64,000 nt of DNA from an uncultured Nitrososphaerales archaeon (GCA_963841565.1 CAWJCY010000012.1:128001-192000), one strand, 5' to 3'; counted from the stretch's first letter, positions 15,190 to 25,572 are shown. The notes: generated from the letters alone by a model not told the origin. Translations and numbers: made by a program.

Positions 15190-15282
15190 CAGTACACATT
15201 TGTTCAGATATTATTCTTACTCTCTTGATGGAAAAACTTAATCCCCAAAACAAGGGGAAAACACAAGCTAAGGAAGTCTAGC

Positions 15283-15990
15283 TCACCTTGCATATTCTGT
15301 TTTATCTGGAATATTTGCTTCGTTAAAACTTGATTTACGGTTGATACATGATTCGCATGCGCCACAGTGCACTGGTTTATTTAGACTATTCCGTGATTCG
15401 TCTGAATAACAGCTCCAAGTATCGAAGATCTTATCCCCCAAAAGTTCGTACCCAATCTTGACCAGCTCATTCTTGTGGATATTCTCTTTCGCTGGACACC
15501 AGATTTCAATCCGCTTTCGTAAGCCAAGGTTTATGGCATCAAGATCAGATTCGTTCAACATGTTTTCAAGAGAACTTACGAATTTTGGTCGGCAATCAGG
15601 ATAATTCTGGTCATCAGCATGAGCTCCATACACTAAAACACCAATCTTTAGGCTAGCAGCCCAGGCTGCGCCAATCGTCAAAAAAACCGAGTTTCTGTGT
15701 GGAACTACTATGGACTGGTGAAATGTTTTTGGAATAATGATATTCTTTCCAGTCAGTGTGTTATCGTTGCCGTAAAGATCTTTCATGAAGCTTATATCAA
15801 TCTCCTTATGAACTTCAGATCCTAATAACATAGAAAATAACCGCGCTCTCCTCATCTCCTCTGTCGACCTTTGACCATAATGAAAAGTAATCGTATATGG
15901 TGCAAAATTCCAAACTTGCCTAACATAGAATGCCGAAACAACGGAATCCAAACCACCACTAAGTATGCAAAGTGCCCTCGTTGAGACCAT
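15283..15990 (-). CDS. queC: 7-cyano-7-deazaguanine synthase
   Basis: LSGGLDS, YGQR, VPHRN, YPDCRP, TWSCY...HCGACESC. Confidence 0.96.
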   Translation of the reverse strand: MVSTRALCILSGGLDSVVSAFYVRQVWNFAPYTITFHYGQRSTEEMRRARLFSMLLGSEVHKEIDISFMKDLYGNDNTLTGKNIIIPKTFHQSIVVPHRNSVFLTIGAAWAASLKIGVLVYGAHADDQNYPDCRPKFVSSLENMLNESDLDAINLGLRKRIEIWCPAKENIHKNELVKIGYELLGDKIFDTWSCYSDESRNSLNKPVHCGACESCINRKSSFNEANIPDKTEYAR

Positions 15991-16436
15991 ATTCTAAATA
16001 TCAGGCCAGACATTATGGACTTTTCCTCCTCAATGCCTCTCAAATTTACATTCACTGAATTTCAACCTAATTGAGAAGTGTTGCAAGCGAAAAAGACTGC
16101 TTCGAACGGACAATTATCGTCATTCCTCCTTTTGAGCACTTTGAGGTGCTATAAAATAGATTATCCATAAATGGCACTTGATTATGAACTATTTCCCGCC
16201 TCGACGAAACAGTCGTGGGATGTATGGTCGCCTTAGTACGAAAGTGTGCGAATGGAATGAGTAATACGTGAACCCTTGAAGCGACTTTTCCTGCACATAT
16301 GGTTAGCACCATGATGCAAACCAAACAATTTCAATGTATATTTCTCCATTAGTATTTATCCCCACTGACTAATAGACTGGAAGATTGGTTCAGAATATGG
16401 GATTAATTTTTATCATCGGTACAATATGGTTAATTC

Positions 16437-17234
16437 ATGATAATTGAAGAAGGATCGTATGTACTTCTTTACCACTCTCCTCAAAAAACTTGGTTGGTAG
16501 AGGCAAATACTGGAAAGAAGTTCCACACCCATTTAGGCGTGCTCGATATAGGAGAAGCAGTGGGACTTGATTTCGGTTCACATCTTTTGTCTTCTAAGGG
16601 AAAGAAAGTCATCCTACTAGAGCCATTGATATATGATTTCGTGATGAAATCAGAAAGGTTAACTCAAATTGTATATCCCAAGGATCTAGCATATATCGGG
16701 ATGCGGAGTGGGCTCACAAGTGGTTCACGAGTTCTAGAAGTTGGCACCGGCAGTGGCGGCCTAACGACCTACTTGGCAAGTATCGTTAGACCATCTGGGC
16801 ACGTTTATACTTTTGACGTGAATCCAAAATTTAGTGCCATCGCCAAGAAAAACATCAAAAAGGCAAACCTGTCTGATTTTGTAACGTTTCATGATCATAC
16901 CCAATTCCAAGAGGCAAACTGTGGTGAGGTAGATATAGTTGTCGTTGATATTGGAGATCCCTGGACGATGATCGAGAAGACGTATGAATCACTGAGACCG
17001 AGCGGAACACTCGTAGCAATCTGCCCTACGATGAATCAATTAGAAAAAATGTCCTCGGCTCTAACAGAGTTCGGTTTTGTATTCGTCGATTCTACCGAAT
17101 TAATGGTAAGGAATATCGAGGCCAGGACAGGAAAAACACGGCCTGCGATGAGGATGATAGGTCATACAACCTACCTTATTTTTGGAAGAAAAGCGCTCCA
17201 GAATACAAGCAGTGGCATTGAAATAGATACGTAG
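16437..17234 (+). CDS. trmI: tRNA (adenine-N1)-methyltransferase (TrmI/GCD14)
   Basis: TQIVYPKD, VLEVGTGSG, DIGDPW, TRPAMRMIGHTTYL. Confidence 0.93.
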   Translation: MIIEEGSYVLLYHSPQKTWLVEANTGKKFHTHLGVLDIGEAVGLDFGSHLLSSKGKKVILLEPLIYDFVMKSERLTQIVYPKDLAYIGMRSGLTSGSRVLEVGTGSGGLTTYLASIVRPSGHVYTFDVNPKFSAIAKKNIKKANLSDFVTFHDHTQFQEANCGEVDIVVVDIGDPWTMIEKTYESLRPSGTLVAICPTMNQLEKMSSALTEFGFVFVDSTELMVRNIEARTGKTRPAMRMIGHTTYLIFGRKALQNTSSGIEIDT

Positions 17235-17256
17235 GAGTGAAGTTCCAATATTTCCA

Positions 17257-17553
17257 TCATACGCCAAGAATTTGTTTGAGTAAAGAACGGTAATCGACCG
17301 TTTCTTTGGTGCTTCCGGGTGACGGAAGCTCAAATACTAGAGGAATTGGCTTTTTAGATCGCAATTCGGTTAATTGATATCGAATCTGCTTGCCGAAATC
17401 ATCACTAACAAGAATCAGTCCTACATCATCGCTATTACTTATCCTACCGATCTCGTTCAATACATCTTCCGCAGTGTTTGCTTTAATACCCTCTACACCT
17501 GCCAACTGAAAGCTGGTAACAAAGACCCTACTACCTACTGCAACAACTCTCAA
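17257..17553 (-). CDS. atpF: A/V-type ATP synthase subunit F, stand-alone
   Basis: VVAVGSRVFVTSFQLAGV, DVGLILV, PLVFELPS, LKQILGV. Confidence 0.92.
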   Translation of the reverse strand: MRVVAVGSRVFVTSFQLAGVEGIKANTAEDVLNEIGRISNSDDVGLILVSDDFGKQIRYQLTELRSKKPIPLVFELPSPGSTKETVDYRSLLKQILGV

Positions 17554-17727
17554 CTTTGATCAAAAAGACTCTGCTAAGGTCCCCTTTTATTCCTTCTGTG
17601 GCTGAGTTTGCTAAGGGATCACCAAAGGCGAATAAAGAACCAGGATTGAGAAAATAGATTTTCCAAAACTAATGCTCCCGCACAAGTATGCGTTTACAAT
17701 ATAGCTCCTGCAGGTTTTACTAACGTC

Positions 17728-18150
17728 TTATCTGATCCACAATATGAATGCAACCAACCCAAGTAGGCCAGCAAATAAGAACAAAGTAGCCTTCCACAGA
17801 CTTCCACTATCTCTGTCGCTGATATCCCACATACCGCCCGCAAAGTGGGACCGATCGTATTCCTTCTTCAGATGCTCATAGCTATAGACTTGCTGCCAAT
17901 CAGCAGGAGGCGTCCACTCACGATTAATGCTGAATTCCTTATACTTGTAAGTGCGATCATATTCTTTTCTGGATTGGTCATCCGATAGAATCTCGTATGC
18001 TTCCACTACTTCCATAAACTTCTTTTTGGAATCTTCTGAGTTTCTGTTCTTATCTGGATGATGCTTTAACGCGAGCTGTCTAAATGACCATTTAATATCT
18101 TCGGGAGATGCCGATTGATGCAGGTTCAGTACGTCATAATAATCGGACAC
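17728..18150 (-). CDS. DnaJ (J-domain) protein with C-terminal membrane anchor
   Basis: DYYDVL...ALKHHPDKN...EAYEILSD; hydrophobic C-terminus. Confidence 0.9.
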   Translation of the reverse strand: MSDYYDVLNLHQSASPEDIKWSFRQLALKHHPDKNRNSEDSKKKFMEVVEAYEILSDDQSRKEYDRTYKYKEFSINREWTPPADWQQVYSYEHLKKEYDRSHFAGGMWDISDRDSGSLWKATLFLFAGLLGLVAFILWIR

Positions 18151-18331
18151 GATTAAATAATCAGGCAGACCCCATAAATAATCATTCTCGTGTATCCCAG
18201 CTCTTCACGGTCCTACCAAGAACCTCCTCCTCAACCCTGCTCTTTGCACTCTTATTTCGTATTTTGTAATTCTGACCCCCATAATTCGAGGAAATCAAAT
18301 AAATATGCAAAAACTCGCATAAAACGAATCA

Positions 18332-19934
18332 ATGAATGACAGCTTATCAACAGCGGACCTTAGATGTACTATTCAATTACAAGAAGCGGGTTTCAATTTT
18401 TCTAAGCTGCACAGAAATTTACCTCCCCCATCATTAATTGAAGTCTGCTATTCATAGGCGCGAAGGAGAACTCTCGACAACTGGGGCTCTTTCCGTCAGA
18501 ACTGGCAAGTTTACTGGCCGATCGCCGGATGACCGATATATTGTGGATGATGACTTGACACATGATTCAGTTGATTGGGGAAAAATAAATCACCCATTAT
18601 CCCCTGAGAAATTTGATCGAATTTTCAATAGAATGAAAAAATCTTTAGAAGGAAAGGAAGCCTTTATCTTCGATGGATACATTGGAGCAGAGAAGGAGAG
18701 CAGGCTTTCGATAAGGACAATAACAGACAATGCATGGCACAATCTCTTTGCGATGCAAATTTTCATACGCCCAATCCCATCAGAAATTCTAAGTCATAAT
18801 CCATCATTCACTATATTGTCTATAATTGATTTCCAAGCTTGCCCAGAAGTAGACGGGACAAAAAGTGAGACTTTCATCATTCTCAATCTCACGAAGCGCC
18901 TTGTATTGATTGGCTCAACGTCCTATGCAGGAGAAATAAAAAAATCAATGTTTTCCGTAATGAATTATCTGCTTCCTCTGAAAGGTATTTTTCCTATGCA
19001 TTGCTCCGCGAACGTAGGTAGTGATGGAAGGACAGCTCTTTTCTTTGGCTTATCAGGCACTGGAAAAACGACACTTTCTGCTGATCCTGATAGACGTCTC
19101 ATTGGAGACGATGAACACGGATGGTCAAAGAAAGGCATCTTCAACTTTGAAGGTGGTTGTTACGCAAAATGTATAAATTTACAAAGATCAAAGGAACCAC
19201 AAATTTGGAATGCAATAAGGTTTGGTTCGGTTATGGAGAACGTTATACTTAACCGATGCCGTGAACCTGATTTTGACGACGAGTCGCTAACAGAAAACAC
19301 TCGGGTTGCTTACCCGATTGAATTCATTCCAAATGCCGTTTTACCAAGTATAGGAAACCATCCTGATGTCATTATTTTCCTCACAGCAGATGCGTTCGGA
19401 GTACTCCCTCCGATTGGAAGATTGTCAAAGGTACACGCTATGTATCACTTTATGTCTGGTTATACTAGTAAGTTGGCCGGCACAGAGAGGGGCATCACTG
19501 AACCACAAGAAACTTTTTCTCATTGCTTTGGTGCACCGTTCATGATGTTGAAGCCAAGAGAGTACGCGGACATGCTTGGCGAAAGAATTACCGAGCACAA
19601 TTCGAAGGTTTATTTGATAAACACGGGGTGGGTAGGGGGACCATACGGGGTTGGGCGTAGGATGAACCTGCAACACACTAGATCCATGGTGAAAGCGGCA
19701 GTCAATGGTGATTTGGAAAAAGTTTCTTATAAACGAAACGAAATATTCAATGTGGAGATTCCAATGTCATGTCCGGGAGTCCCAGATTATATCCTTGATC
19801 CTATTAATACATGGTCCGACAAGCAAAAGTATTTGGAATCTGCTAAAAGACTCGCTTCCCTGTTTGCCAAAAACTTCCAGAAATTTGGCAATATGCCGAT
19901 AGATATCATGAATGCAGGTCCAAGAGCACAGTAA
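18332..19934 (+). CDS. pckA: ATP-dependent phosphoenolpyruvate carboxykinase; one extra base near 18443
   Basis: TGKFTGRSP, FFGLSGTGKTTLS, LIGDDEHGW, FNFEGGCYAK. Upstream frame from ATG 18332 (..KLHRNLPPPSLIE) joins the ORF after a 1-nt correction. Confidence 0.95.
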
Positions 19935-19942
19935 ATGAAGAG

Positions 19943-20072
19943 TAGCCCGGAGCAGATTCGAACTGCTGTCCTCAGGTTTCTTTTCTTGTAGATCCAGAGC
20001 CTGAAATCCCTAGCCCTCAAGTAAGTTTGGCCACTAGATTCGGCACACGTTTATGACGTGCTCGACCGGGCT
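19943..20072 (-). tRNA. tRNA-Gln(CUG) with three introns (10/11: 20039-20062; 21/22: 20010-20026; 37/38: 19978-19993)
   Basis: Removing 24+17+16 nt gives a 73-nt cloverleaf AGCCCGGTCGTCTAGTGGCCAAGGATTTCAGGCTCTGGACCTGAGGACAGCAGTTCGAATCTGCTCCGGGCTA (A1-U72, typical of archaeal Gln). Each junction fits bulge-helix-bulge geometry. TATA-like TTTATTAA upstream at ~20087-20094. Confidence 0.92.
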
Positions 20073-20222
20073 TCCGAGCTGTAAGGATTAATAAACAAGG
20101 ACCAATATTTGACTGTAACGCTCGCGAGTAATTGAATCCATGGCCTTAATCGTAAGTCGTCATTTACAGTGTAAAGCAAATTTTCAAGAATTGCAATACT
20201 AAATAGTTTCGAAAATGCTGTT

Positions 20223-20834
20223 CTATATCTTTTTTTCAAGTAAGTAATTCCTCTTCTGATATAACCAATAGGTAATTAGGACAAGCAACGCGGCGAGAAA
20301 AACGCTGCTCAGTAGTGTGCTCGGATTCTCATACGGCATGCACTTATATTCACCAGCATAGCACCCGGCAAGAAAGAATAAGCAATTCCAAACCGAGTGA
20401 GATACTACTGCAAACCAACCTTTACCAGAAACCCACACTCGAAAACTAAAAAAAAATGAAGGGATTACAAATAACCAATTGATATATGCAAGGCTCAAAA
20501 TGGATAAGTCTTCGGTATTAATGAGATGGAGAAAAATCCAAACCAATCCTCCGATTAGTGCAGCATTTCCATTTGCTAAACCGTACAAAGGTATACCAAA
20601 AAATAATGACTCTTCAATTGGGCCAGCCAATACTACAGAATCAAAATATCGTGGAATATTGGGCTCGACGTAACCTGGAATAGTCGTTTGTATCAAAAAT
20701 GTACCAACAAGGGCAACAATAAGACCTAAGGAATGATAAAACCCAAACATTAATAACAAATATGGGATCGATGTTCGCTGAAATTTTGATAGCCATCGTG
20801 ATGGATTCAAGTCGTTTACAAATTGGCCTAGCAT
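20223..20834 (-). CDS. CPBP/CAAX-family intramembrane protease-like protein
   Basis: Multi-TM; GPIEESLFFG (EExxF), WIFLH, HSVWN motifs. Confidence 0.7.
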   Translation of the reverse strand: MLGQFVNDLNPSRWLSKFQRTSIPYLLLMFGFYHSLGLIVALVGTFLIQTTIPGYVEPNIPRYFDSVVLAGPIEESLFFGIPLYGLANGNAALIGGLVWIFLHLINTEDLSILSLAYINWLFVIPSFFFSFRVWVSGKGWFAVVSHSVWNCLFFLAGCYAGEYKCMPYENPSTLLSSVFLAALLVLITYWLYQKRNYLLEKKI

Positions 20835-21221
20835 TATGATCTTGCTTCCGATTTAATATCAGCCGTTATAAAGCTGCATTCCTTCTGATTGATTGAGTTC
20901 TTCTTGGGACGGCCTCAAATTACGCTGGTTTATCTTCATGACAGAGTACAAGGCATCGCAGTAGCTAATGTGATGAGCGCTTGTTGTTCCTACAGTAGAA
21001 TATATTATAAGAGTACAATTTTTCCACTCTCCACATTTAGCCTAATCTATCCAAAAGAATGACTCACAGACCGCACCACACGATCGACCATGCTTCCAAA
21101 AGCATAGAATATTGGCCAAATCGTTGAAATCATTGTGAAGATAATATTGGAACAAGATTTTTATGCTTTCTTGTTCTTGGAAGGCATAATTGCAACGTTT
21201 TGTAGATACAGTTTTATTTCA

Positions 21222-22643
21222 TCACTTCGCATGAAACTTAGGTCGTTGAGAATGGATGGCACTGATAGCACTATTGACACTGTTCCCTGAATCTTCTACA
21301 ACTATTAGTATTCTTGACGTCTCTTCTTGTGCATCTAAATTGAGAATGTTAATACCATGCTCACCCACAGTGCTACTTGCCAAAGATGCAATTCGAGGAC
21401 TCTTCCACATATTGTCTCCGATCATCGTAACCACACCTCTTTGATATATTATCTCTACCTTTGAGCTGTAAGCTTTAAAATACCGCTCGTTCCTTCTTAT
21501 GAATTCCGCATCCAAAAAAAGTATCCTTGAGATTTCAAGGTCATCGGATCTATAAGGAGATAGTTTCACAAATTCGTGATACTCTCTTACCTTCTCTAGC
21601 ATTGCCAATAAATGTGAAGCGGAGATTGAATCCATTCTTACAATAGCGCAGTTTTTTTTACCAGTAACGATCTTGATTAGATTCTCGTCCCCATCAATTG
21701 GCAATGTCCTCTGTATGATCGTAAAGCGTGAAGGATATGACATATCGGTTACCGTAATAGGGATATCTAGACCGTTGTCATCGATCTCTTTTATTGCCAC
21801 TGGGTCGAGAATCTTCATTCCAAACATACCTGCTAACCTAGCTTCGTTGTAGGATAAATGAGTAACGTAATGTAGGCTATTCTTGACTACTTTAGGATCG
21901 GCACTTTGCACGGCACCGTCCTTCTCAAAGTCTAATCTGACGTCATATTTGTCGCTAAGAAGGATAGCAATATCTGCAGCAGTCCTATCAGAGCCGCCTC
22001 GTTCATATGTAGTTTCAAGCCCATCAGGTGTCTTCCCTATGAAGCCTCCCATGGTAACAACTTCGTTATTTTCAATCAGATCTAACAAATAAGAAATTCT
22101 TCTTTTAGAATCTTCCAAGCTGAAATTTGCTCCTTCAAAGTTGTCATCCGTGATAATTGGCCATTGTGTAATGCTAACATGTCCAGATCTAAAGCCCTTA
22201 CTCTTTAGGACATAATCCATTAGGTATGACATAGGAATTTCGCCACTGTATGCCAATGTCCTTGATCTGACGACATCCACAAAGCGCTTATTTTCCGCAG
22301 CTTGTTTAAGAGATACAGTCACCTCATGAAAAAAGGAGTTTAATAATTCTACGAATTCCTGTCTGTAAGCTGAGCTAAGATAATTCGATGATAAGTCGTC
22401 GTATACGCTTCTAAGCACTCCTAAATCGACTGGTCGTGAAGAGGCAAAACTCTTGCCTTTGCTTAACGCCACATCAGTCATCGAAACATTCTTTTCATCG
22501 TACTTAATGATGGGTGCAGAAAAAACAGCAACTATTTTTGCATCTTCCTTAAGTTGCTTTATCCGCTCTATAACTGAGGGAAGCAAAGATCCATGCACGC
22601 CAAGTGCGCTTCCTCCGAATTTCGCTACTACAACTCCAACCAA
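21222..22643 (-). CDS. Aspartokinase-family protein (paralogue 1, divergent)
   Basis: VAKFGGS, GGFIG...TTYERGGSDRTA, SADPKVV, LSYNEA, C-terminal ACT domain. Confidence 0.9.
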   Translation of the reverse strand: MVGVVVAKFGGSALGVHGSLLPSVIERIKQLKEDAKIVAVFSAPIIKYDEKNVSMTDVALSKGKSFASSRPVDLGVLRSVYDDLSSNYLSSAYRQEFVELLNSFFHEVTVSLKQAAENKRFVDVVRSRTLAYSGEIPMSYLMDYVLKSKGFRSGHVSITQWPIITDDNFEGANFSLEDSKRRISYLLDLIENNEVVTMGGFIGKTPDGLETTYERGGSDRTAADIAILLSDKYDVRLDFEKDGAVQSADPKVVKNSLHYVTHLSYNEARLAGMFGMKILDPVAIKEIDDNGLDIPITVTDMSYPSRFTIIQRTLPIDGDENLIKIVTGKKNCAIVRMDSISASHLLAMLEKVREYHEFVKLSPYRSDDLEISRILFLDAEFIRRNERYFKAYSSKVEIIYQRGVVTMIGDNMWKSPRIASLASSTVGEHGINILNLDAQEETSRILIVVEDSGNSVNSAISAIHSQRPKFHAK

Positions 22644-22834
22644 ATCAGCTATTCGTAAAAATTGCTACATGTCAAACCATATATTTGCTGTCTTTACTTG
22701 GTTGGGTCTGATATCATTCCGTCGATCCATTTTCAAGAGATTAAAAGAGCTCTTGGACAGTTCTAACCAAATAAACATGCAGCAATTAGATGCAATACAT
22801 TATACCACCTGAAACGATAGGTATTTTGGTCAAA

Positions 22835-23017
22835 TCAGATAGACTCTTTGACTCTAGCCACTATTGCATTAAACCAAAGGCTATCAATTCCTTGACTCCA
22901 AATGGTTACCTTCTTGAATCGTCTCTCCGATCCCCCTGCAAAAAATCCAGTGCAATCTTCCGCGGTCATGTTATTGTATTTCTGCCCAATCTCTGCCACA
23001 ATGGTCTCAGCCTCCAT
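22835..23017 (-). CDS. Small hypothetical protein (60 aa from MEAET)
   Basis: Open frame only; no recognisable motif. Confidence 0.3.
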   Translation of the reverse strand: MEAETIVAEIGQKYNNMTAEDCTGFFAGGSERRFKKVTIWSQGIDSLWFNAIVARVKESI

Positions 23018-23732
23018 TGGCAAGTACAGTATGGTCAATGTCGGGAAAGGAACAGTATTCTGAGTCGAAGAAGTTCCATCTTCCATATGACAGATCTTTC
23101 AAAGTCACAGTTATATCTGGATTTCGAGGAGTTGTGCGAAGTCCAACTTTCATGATTTGATTACATAGTATGTATTAGAGTTGGTCGTTAGTTTTCAAAT
23201 AGTAAGATTGCAGTCTGCGCTAGTTACAATTTTCAGAAGCTTCTTGTTCATTATGACGATCTTGCCTGATCCAAATAGTATTTATACCAATCCTGTTCGA
23301 AAAAAAGCTTTGCTTTTTCCATACATAATGAGAGAGATAAATAGTACCACTTGTGCTTATCAAGATCACCAAAGTGTAATTTTTATTTAAAGATAAACAA
23401 TAAACTAAACGTTTCGAGATTATTACAAAATAGCGACTCCCGCAAATTATATGTTCTTTATATATGACTATCTCGGTTCTTCCCAGATTATTCTTTTGAG
23501 AATCCGATAATGAAATCTAATTTATAGATTCAAATGAAAGGTATTCTTTCCAGAGCCTATTATGGGTTGAATGAACTTCGGTCATGCCAAATTTCATTTT
23601 GCAAATGTAACCATTAAGTTAACTACCACCCTTAAATCTTGCATATTTACGCATTCAGCGTTGAGGGTTAATCTGGCCAAGCTAAAGTATAGGATCAATT
23701 ATAATCCAATAAATTATGATGTACAAATAGGC

Positions 23733-23870
23733 ATGTACAACACCGAATCGGACAACCATATTCGATACAAAGATGCGAGAGCGAATCAGTGGAGATGCGA
23801 CAAATGTGACGGTACTTTTTCGACCTTCCGAAAGCTCAAATCGCACAAGTCTCAGTTTCATGCATATTAA
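23733..23870 (+). CDS. C2H2 zinc-finger microprotein (45 aa)
   Basis: WRCDKCDGTFSTFRKLKSHKSQFH fits C-x2-C-x3-F-x5-L-x2-H-x4-H; start placed at ATG 23733. Confidence 0.8.
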   Translation: MYNTESDNHIRYKDARANQWRCDKCDGTFSTFRKLKSHKSQFHAY

Positions 23871-23936
23871 ATTTTTGCAAATAGGGGCTATAAGATCGCT
23901 ATATATAACAACCTGAGTTGTATACTTCCGGTAACA

Positions 23937-24688
23937 TGAGTTATGCTGAGTACATATCCCAACTGGTAAATTGTACTCCGGCTGAGTTGAAGGATCCTGA
24001 AAAATCTTCATTCCTACGGCTCGTGGAGCCTTCTAATAAGAATGAAGGGATACATTCGTATTTATGGTTCAAAAGGCATCAACCATTTAGCTCTGAGGAT
24101 GAAAAGCTAATTTCTACCCTTGTCGATCATAATCTAATAGAAGTGATTCATGGGAGTAGGTTTAGAAGAGGTGGCAGAAACTATGCATTAACCACTTGCG
24201 GATTATTTAACATTCTGAGCGAGGATCAGCTTTTTTCTGGCATTTTACTCTCGAAATACTACGAAAATATTATTCTGCAGCTATTATTGTTTCAATACTT
24301 GGAAGAGAATACCGTCAAAAATTGGAGCCCACAAGCTGAAATCATAATCTCCGATTACTTGCATAGATGCTGTGTTACCTCAAAACGTACTATCGAGACC
24401 ATTAGATCCTCAAAGATTTCGGAAGATAGAGAGAGGTATTTGAGAATACTTGAATTAGACCTGAAAGCATTCGCATTTTGCTTAGGAATCAGGTTAACTC
24501 GATTGTATTCCCGCTACATGGGCATTTCCAAGGGTAGAGATCTCAAACATGCGGACCAATTGAACCATGAAGAATATAAAATGTTGAGTCTGCTGTCAGA
24601 GGATGATAAGTTTTCCCGATTTCGAAGTAGCGTTCTAAAGGAATTAGATGAGGCATGTGAAGAACTCGCTAGAATAAAATTAGATTAG
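23937..24688 (+). CDS. Hypothetical protein with probable winged-helix segment
   Basis: 250-aa ORF; LVDHNLIEV...RGGRNYALTTCGLF resembles a wHTH wing. Confidence 0.65.
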
Positions 24689-24836
24689 TCTATTGGTTCC
24701 GTGGCCAAGAATTACCTTATGACGAACCAATTTTTATGAAGACGGCAAATAGTATTGTTACAAGCACAACCGGTAGTGGATTGTCCGCAACAATGATAAT
24801 ATCATAAGGGTTGACATTTGAGTAGATCACATCATT

Positions 24837-25436
24837 ATGGATAGTTGCTTGAATGAATTTACGAAAGTAGGCTTGTCTAAGTTAATGAAGCCGTTTGAAA
24901 ATTCTCCTGATGACCTATACAAGTTAACTAGGGCCTTCAGCGTAGCTTTCAATATACACGCCGGTCTTTCAAGAAACAACAATAAAAATGACCCATACAT
25001 TAATCATTGCCTAAGAGTGTCGCTTATCTTAAGTGAAGAAATTTGTTGCAGAGATATCATTGCATTGAGTGCGGCTCTTCTGCATGATGTCTTCGAAAAG
25101 ACAAGAAATCCTTCATACGACTCGACAAGGTTATTAGCAGACTTTGGGGAGAACATCAGTGATATCATTTTTACACTATCTCGGGATAACCCGGAAGATA
25201 GAAAAGCTGAATATTTACAGCACTATTTTGAGAAAATTGCGTCTAGTTCCAAGATTACTAGGTATGTAATGCTAGCAGACAGGCTAGACAACGCCAGGTT
25301 TTTGAGAACTATTAGTCAGCGTGAAAGGGCATTTAGATACAAAGAAGAAACCGAAAAATATGTCATTCCAATCGCTCAAGCTACGGATGAAAGGTTTGCC
25401 GTAAAACTGTCAATAGCGTTATACGAGATAAAGTGA
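24837..25436 (+). CDS. HD-domain hydrolase of RelA/SpoT-Mesh1 (small alarmone hydrolase) type
   Basis: AFNIHAGLSR...DPYINHCLRV, AALLHDVFE, ADFGENI, VMLADRLDNAR. Confidence 0.85.
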   Translation: MDSCLNEFTKVGLSKLMKPFENSPDDLYKLTRAFSVAFNIHAGLSRNNNKNDPYINHCLRVSLILSEEICCRDIIALSAALLHDVFEKTRNPSYDSTRLLADFGENISDIIFTLSRDNPEDRKAEYLQHYFEKIASSSKITRYVMLADRLDNARFLRTISQRERAFRYKEETEKYVIPIAQATDERFAVKLSIALYEIK

Positions 25437-25452
25437 TTATTCTCACTTCCTA

Positions 25453-25572
25453 TCAGCCCTTTTGAGCACAAACACCGTCTCTCCCCTTAGTGTGCTTCAT
25501 CCAATGTAATATGCACCCTATCCATCTATGCTCGCTACATCCACATATTCTGCATCCACGATAGTCATTCAA
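25453..25572 (-). CDS. Putative 39-aa Zn-finger microprotein (below ORF-track cutoff)
   Basis: MNDYRGCRICGCSEHRWIGCILHWMKHTKGRDGVCAQKG from a TTG start; GAAGATATATA about 26 nt upstream. Confidence 0.5.
   Translation of the reverse strand: MNDYRGCRICGCSEHRWIGCILHWMKHTKGRDGVCAQKG

Noticed and set aside
19787-20239. ORFs 19787-20020 and 20051-20239
   Set aside because: They overlap pckA and the tRNA-Gln gene; no protein-like features
20960-21030. C/D-box sRNA starting at GTGATGA
   Set aside because: No CTGA D box at a suitable distance
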